From: an uncultured Gemmatimonadota bacterium
Lineage (GTDB): Bacteria > SM23-81 > DAOVCL01
DNA: 64,000 nt
Reading direction: 5' to 3'
Assembly (NCBI GenBank): GCA_964626665.1
Contig: CAZVGK010000002.1
Location: forward strand, 128,163-192,162
Below, one piece after another: positions 62,089 through 64,000 of the stretch. Under the pieces are notes generated by a model, which did not search any database, was not told the DNA's origin, and saw only the letters and a program-made list of their open reading frames with translations. Position 1 is the stretch's first letter; the number at the start of each line of letters is the position of its first letter. Position numbers and translations under genes: made by a program.

Positions 62089-62306
62089 ATGAGCCCTCGG
62101 GGAGTTTTTTCTGTATAAGCGAGGGTTCATCCTGAGGCCGACGCAAAGAGGCTAAAAAGAGCTCAAAACTGAAGATCCTTCTTCGCCACACGACGTGGCG
62201 AATCCGACGCGTTGTTTGGCGGAGCTCTTCGCTTTAAACAAGCCGCTCAGGATGAAGGGTCGGCTCGTAAAACACACCGACCCCTCATATAGAGACAAGT
62301 AACTGT

Positions 62307-62378
62307 GTATAACAAGACGCCGCACCTGACCGCTATTCCGCTGCGCCCCATAACGGCAGGTGAGCTCTATCGTTATAC
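62307..62378 (+). mobile_element. attC site
   Basis: GTATAAC...GCACCTGACCG/CGGCAGGTGAGC...GTTATAC. Confidence 0.9.
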
Positions 62379-62388
62379 ATAAAAGAGT

Positions 62389-62922
62389 ATGATAATGAAC
62401 AAAGCTATGAAAAAATATACGGATTTACTCATTCAAAAAAGATATAGCGATAATACAATAAAAACATATTGTAATTATTTCAAAGATTGCTGTGTTTATT
62501 TTAAAGAAGAAAAATTAGAGGATGTAACAACAAATCAAATAAACTCATATATTTTAGAGCTGATAAAATTAAAAAATATTTCTATCAGTCAGCAGAACCA
62601 GCGAATAAATGCGATTAAATTTTATTATGAAAAAGTGCTTGGAAGAGAAAAGCAATATTATGAACTTCACCGGCCTAATAAGGAGCATAAATTACCAAAG
62701 GTTTTAAGCAAAAATGAAGTCAAAAATATTCTAAATTCATGTAGTAATATAAAACACAAGTGTATTTTGATGTTAACCTATTCTGCCGGATTAAGACGGA
62801 GTGAGTTATTGAATCTTAATATCTCTAGTATTGATTCTGAAAGAATGGTTATAAATATAAGAGGTGCAAAAGGCATGAAAGATAGAATTTCTTTATTATC
62901 TGATAATTTACTCCAACTTTTA
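62389..62922 (+). pseudogene. Tyrosine recombinase (SAM-like N-domain, catalytic Arg), truncated by IS
   Basis: YS.NTIKTY, LPKVLS, YSAGLRRSE, GAKG.KDR; HxxR and catalytic Tyr missing. Confidence 0.8.
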
Positions 62923-64000
62923 ACCCAAGTTCACCACAACAGAAAAGAAATGTTAATATTTTCAATAGCTTACGAAAGCTAATTAGCAATAATGGTCACT
63001 ACAGATTTTATTAGATCGTTACTCTCTTAGGTTTGCATGGCACATAATCCAGACCCAAGGCATCATATATTGTTTTATGGAAGTATTCTGGCTTTGAACA
63101 TTTCCTAATATAGATGGTTTTTCCTGACTCTGTTTTCAATTGAGTTGTTACTCTGCTATGTGTGGAAAGCCATCTTCTGATGGTTGACCACCTGTAGTTG
63201 ACCCCAACCTGTTTTAATCGGGTGCGGATACTATGCAAAATGTGATAACCAACAACTGTAATAAAAATATGTGCATCACTGCGATTCTCTTTCTGATGGC
63301 AAATGGGCCGCATATTCAGTTCGGATTTCATCGAGCGAAAGGCATCTTCCAATTCGTTCAACATGATATAAATTTCCCATATCTCTTTTTCACTCAGGTC
63401 ACCTCTATCAGTACGCAGGTAATAGCTGCCCGAGAATCTTTGCTCAGATTCATCTTTGATATATTCCCAAGTAATTTTATCAGCCAGGCCTTCTTTTTCT
63501 TTAACGGTGATATTATAAAATTGGGAAATCCTGGTATATTTCTCTTTTAACCGACCAATCCGCTCGCAGACTTTTTGATAATTCTTGGTACAACCTTTTT
63601 TGTGAATAGATTCAGCAATGTGCTTCAATTGATCCTCAAAAAGCTGTTGTAATCGGCTTTGCATGGCCTTCTCTTTCTTCTTCTTGGCCCGGCTTTTACA
63701 GTAAAGAAAAACCTCTCCGTCGCAGGTGATCTGCTGAGCTGCTACTTTATTTTTATTGTCCTCTTTAATGAGGATAAAATCATCCCCCTCCGGTGGGTCC
63801 ATCTTCCTACGGGACACACAAATGTAATGATACTGAGACTTAAGTGCTTCAAGGTTCTTTTCAGTGGCAATGCCAGCGTCAATGACTACTGTGGGCTTAT
63901 CAGGGTTTTGGGATGGCTCAGTTTGGTGGAGGACGTTGATCATTCCTAACAGTGCCTTGGGTTCACTCTGATTTCCAGCAAAAACTTTGCTGGTCTTGGG
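62923..64000 (-). mobile_element. IS1634-family insertion sequence (partial)
   Basis: Probable end CCCAAGTTC at the point where recombinase similarity stops. Confidence 0.8.
63011..64000 (-). CDS. IS1634-family transposase, 5' part outside window
   Basis: FAGNQSE, VVIDAGI, Y..L..LEDAFR.MKSEL..RPI.HQ...R..AHIF; frame open to 64000. Confidence 0.9.
   Translation of the reverse strand, partial: PKTSKVFAGNQSEPKALLGMINVLHQTEPSQNPDKPTVVIDAGIATEKNLEALKSQYHYICVSRRKMDPPEGDDFILIKEDNKNKVAAQQITCDGEVFLYCKSRAKKKKEKAMQSRLQQLFEDQLKHIAESIHKKGCTKNYQKVCERIGRLKEKYTRISQFYNITVKEKEGLADKITWEYIKDESEQRFSGSYYLRTDRGDLSEKEIWEIYIMLNELEDAFRSMKSELNMRPICHQKENRSDAHIFITVVGYHILHSIRTRLKQVGVNYRWSTIRRWLSTHSRVTTQLKTESGKTIYIRKCSKPEYFHKTIYDALGLDYVPCKPKRVTI

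Overview
64 kb of bacterial chromosome. The dockerin-, cohesin- and FlgD-Ig-type secreted proteins and the gene style suggest an FCB-group candidate lineage (Zixibacteria/KSB1-like); this is inference only. Bases 1-54 kb are mostly core genome: two roadblock/MglB-like genes, comB, gcvT, an atypical ClC, a V4R-PAS hybrid kinase, a sigma54 flagellar regulatory block (PilZ, sensor kinase, NtrC-type regulator, lone flgB), DUF885, two B12 radical SAM genes, ilvC, queF, rnz, an attenuator-led ABC-2 exporter, a GT4/GH130 cluster, a TPR lytic transglycosylase and a pfk-fba-gap-pgk-FBP aldolase/phosphatase cluster. The most unusual locus is 16.2-26.5 kb. There a small secreted pro-peptide gene is coupled to a TPR-GAF-AAA+ sigma54 activator. 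Directly downstream are palindromic UAS-like sites and a -24/-12 promoter facing three tandem, mosaic secreted-protein genes, each led by a conserved 20-codon uORF, the last being a HExxH metalloprotease. Two copies of a structured non-coding element bracket these genes. This resembles an RRNPP-like peptide signalling circuit wired to sigma54. Bases 54.4-64 kb are a decayed integron: two copies of an intI 3' end plus attI-like region, attC-bounded cassettes (nucleases, toxin-antitoxin pairs, NUDIX, methyltransferase/MFS, a tyrosine recombinase), MITE-like insertions and an IS1634 running off the window end. No rRNA, tRNA or CRISPR array was seen.
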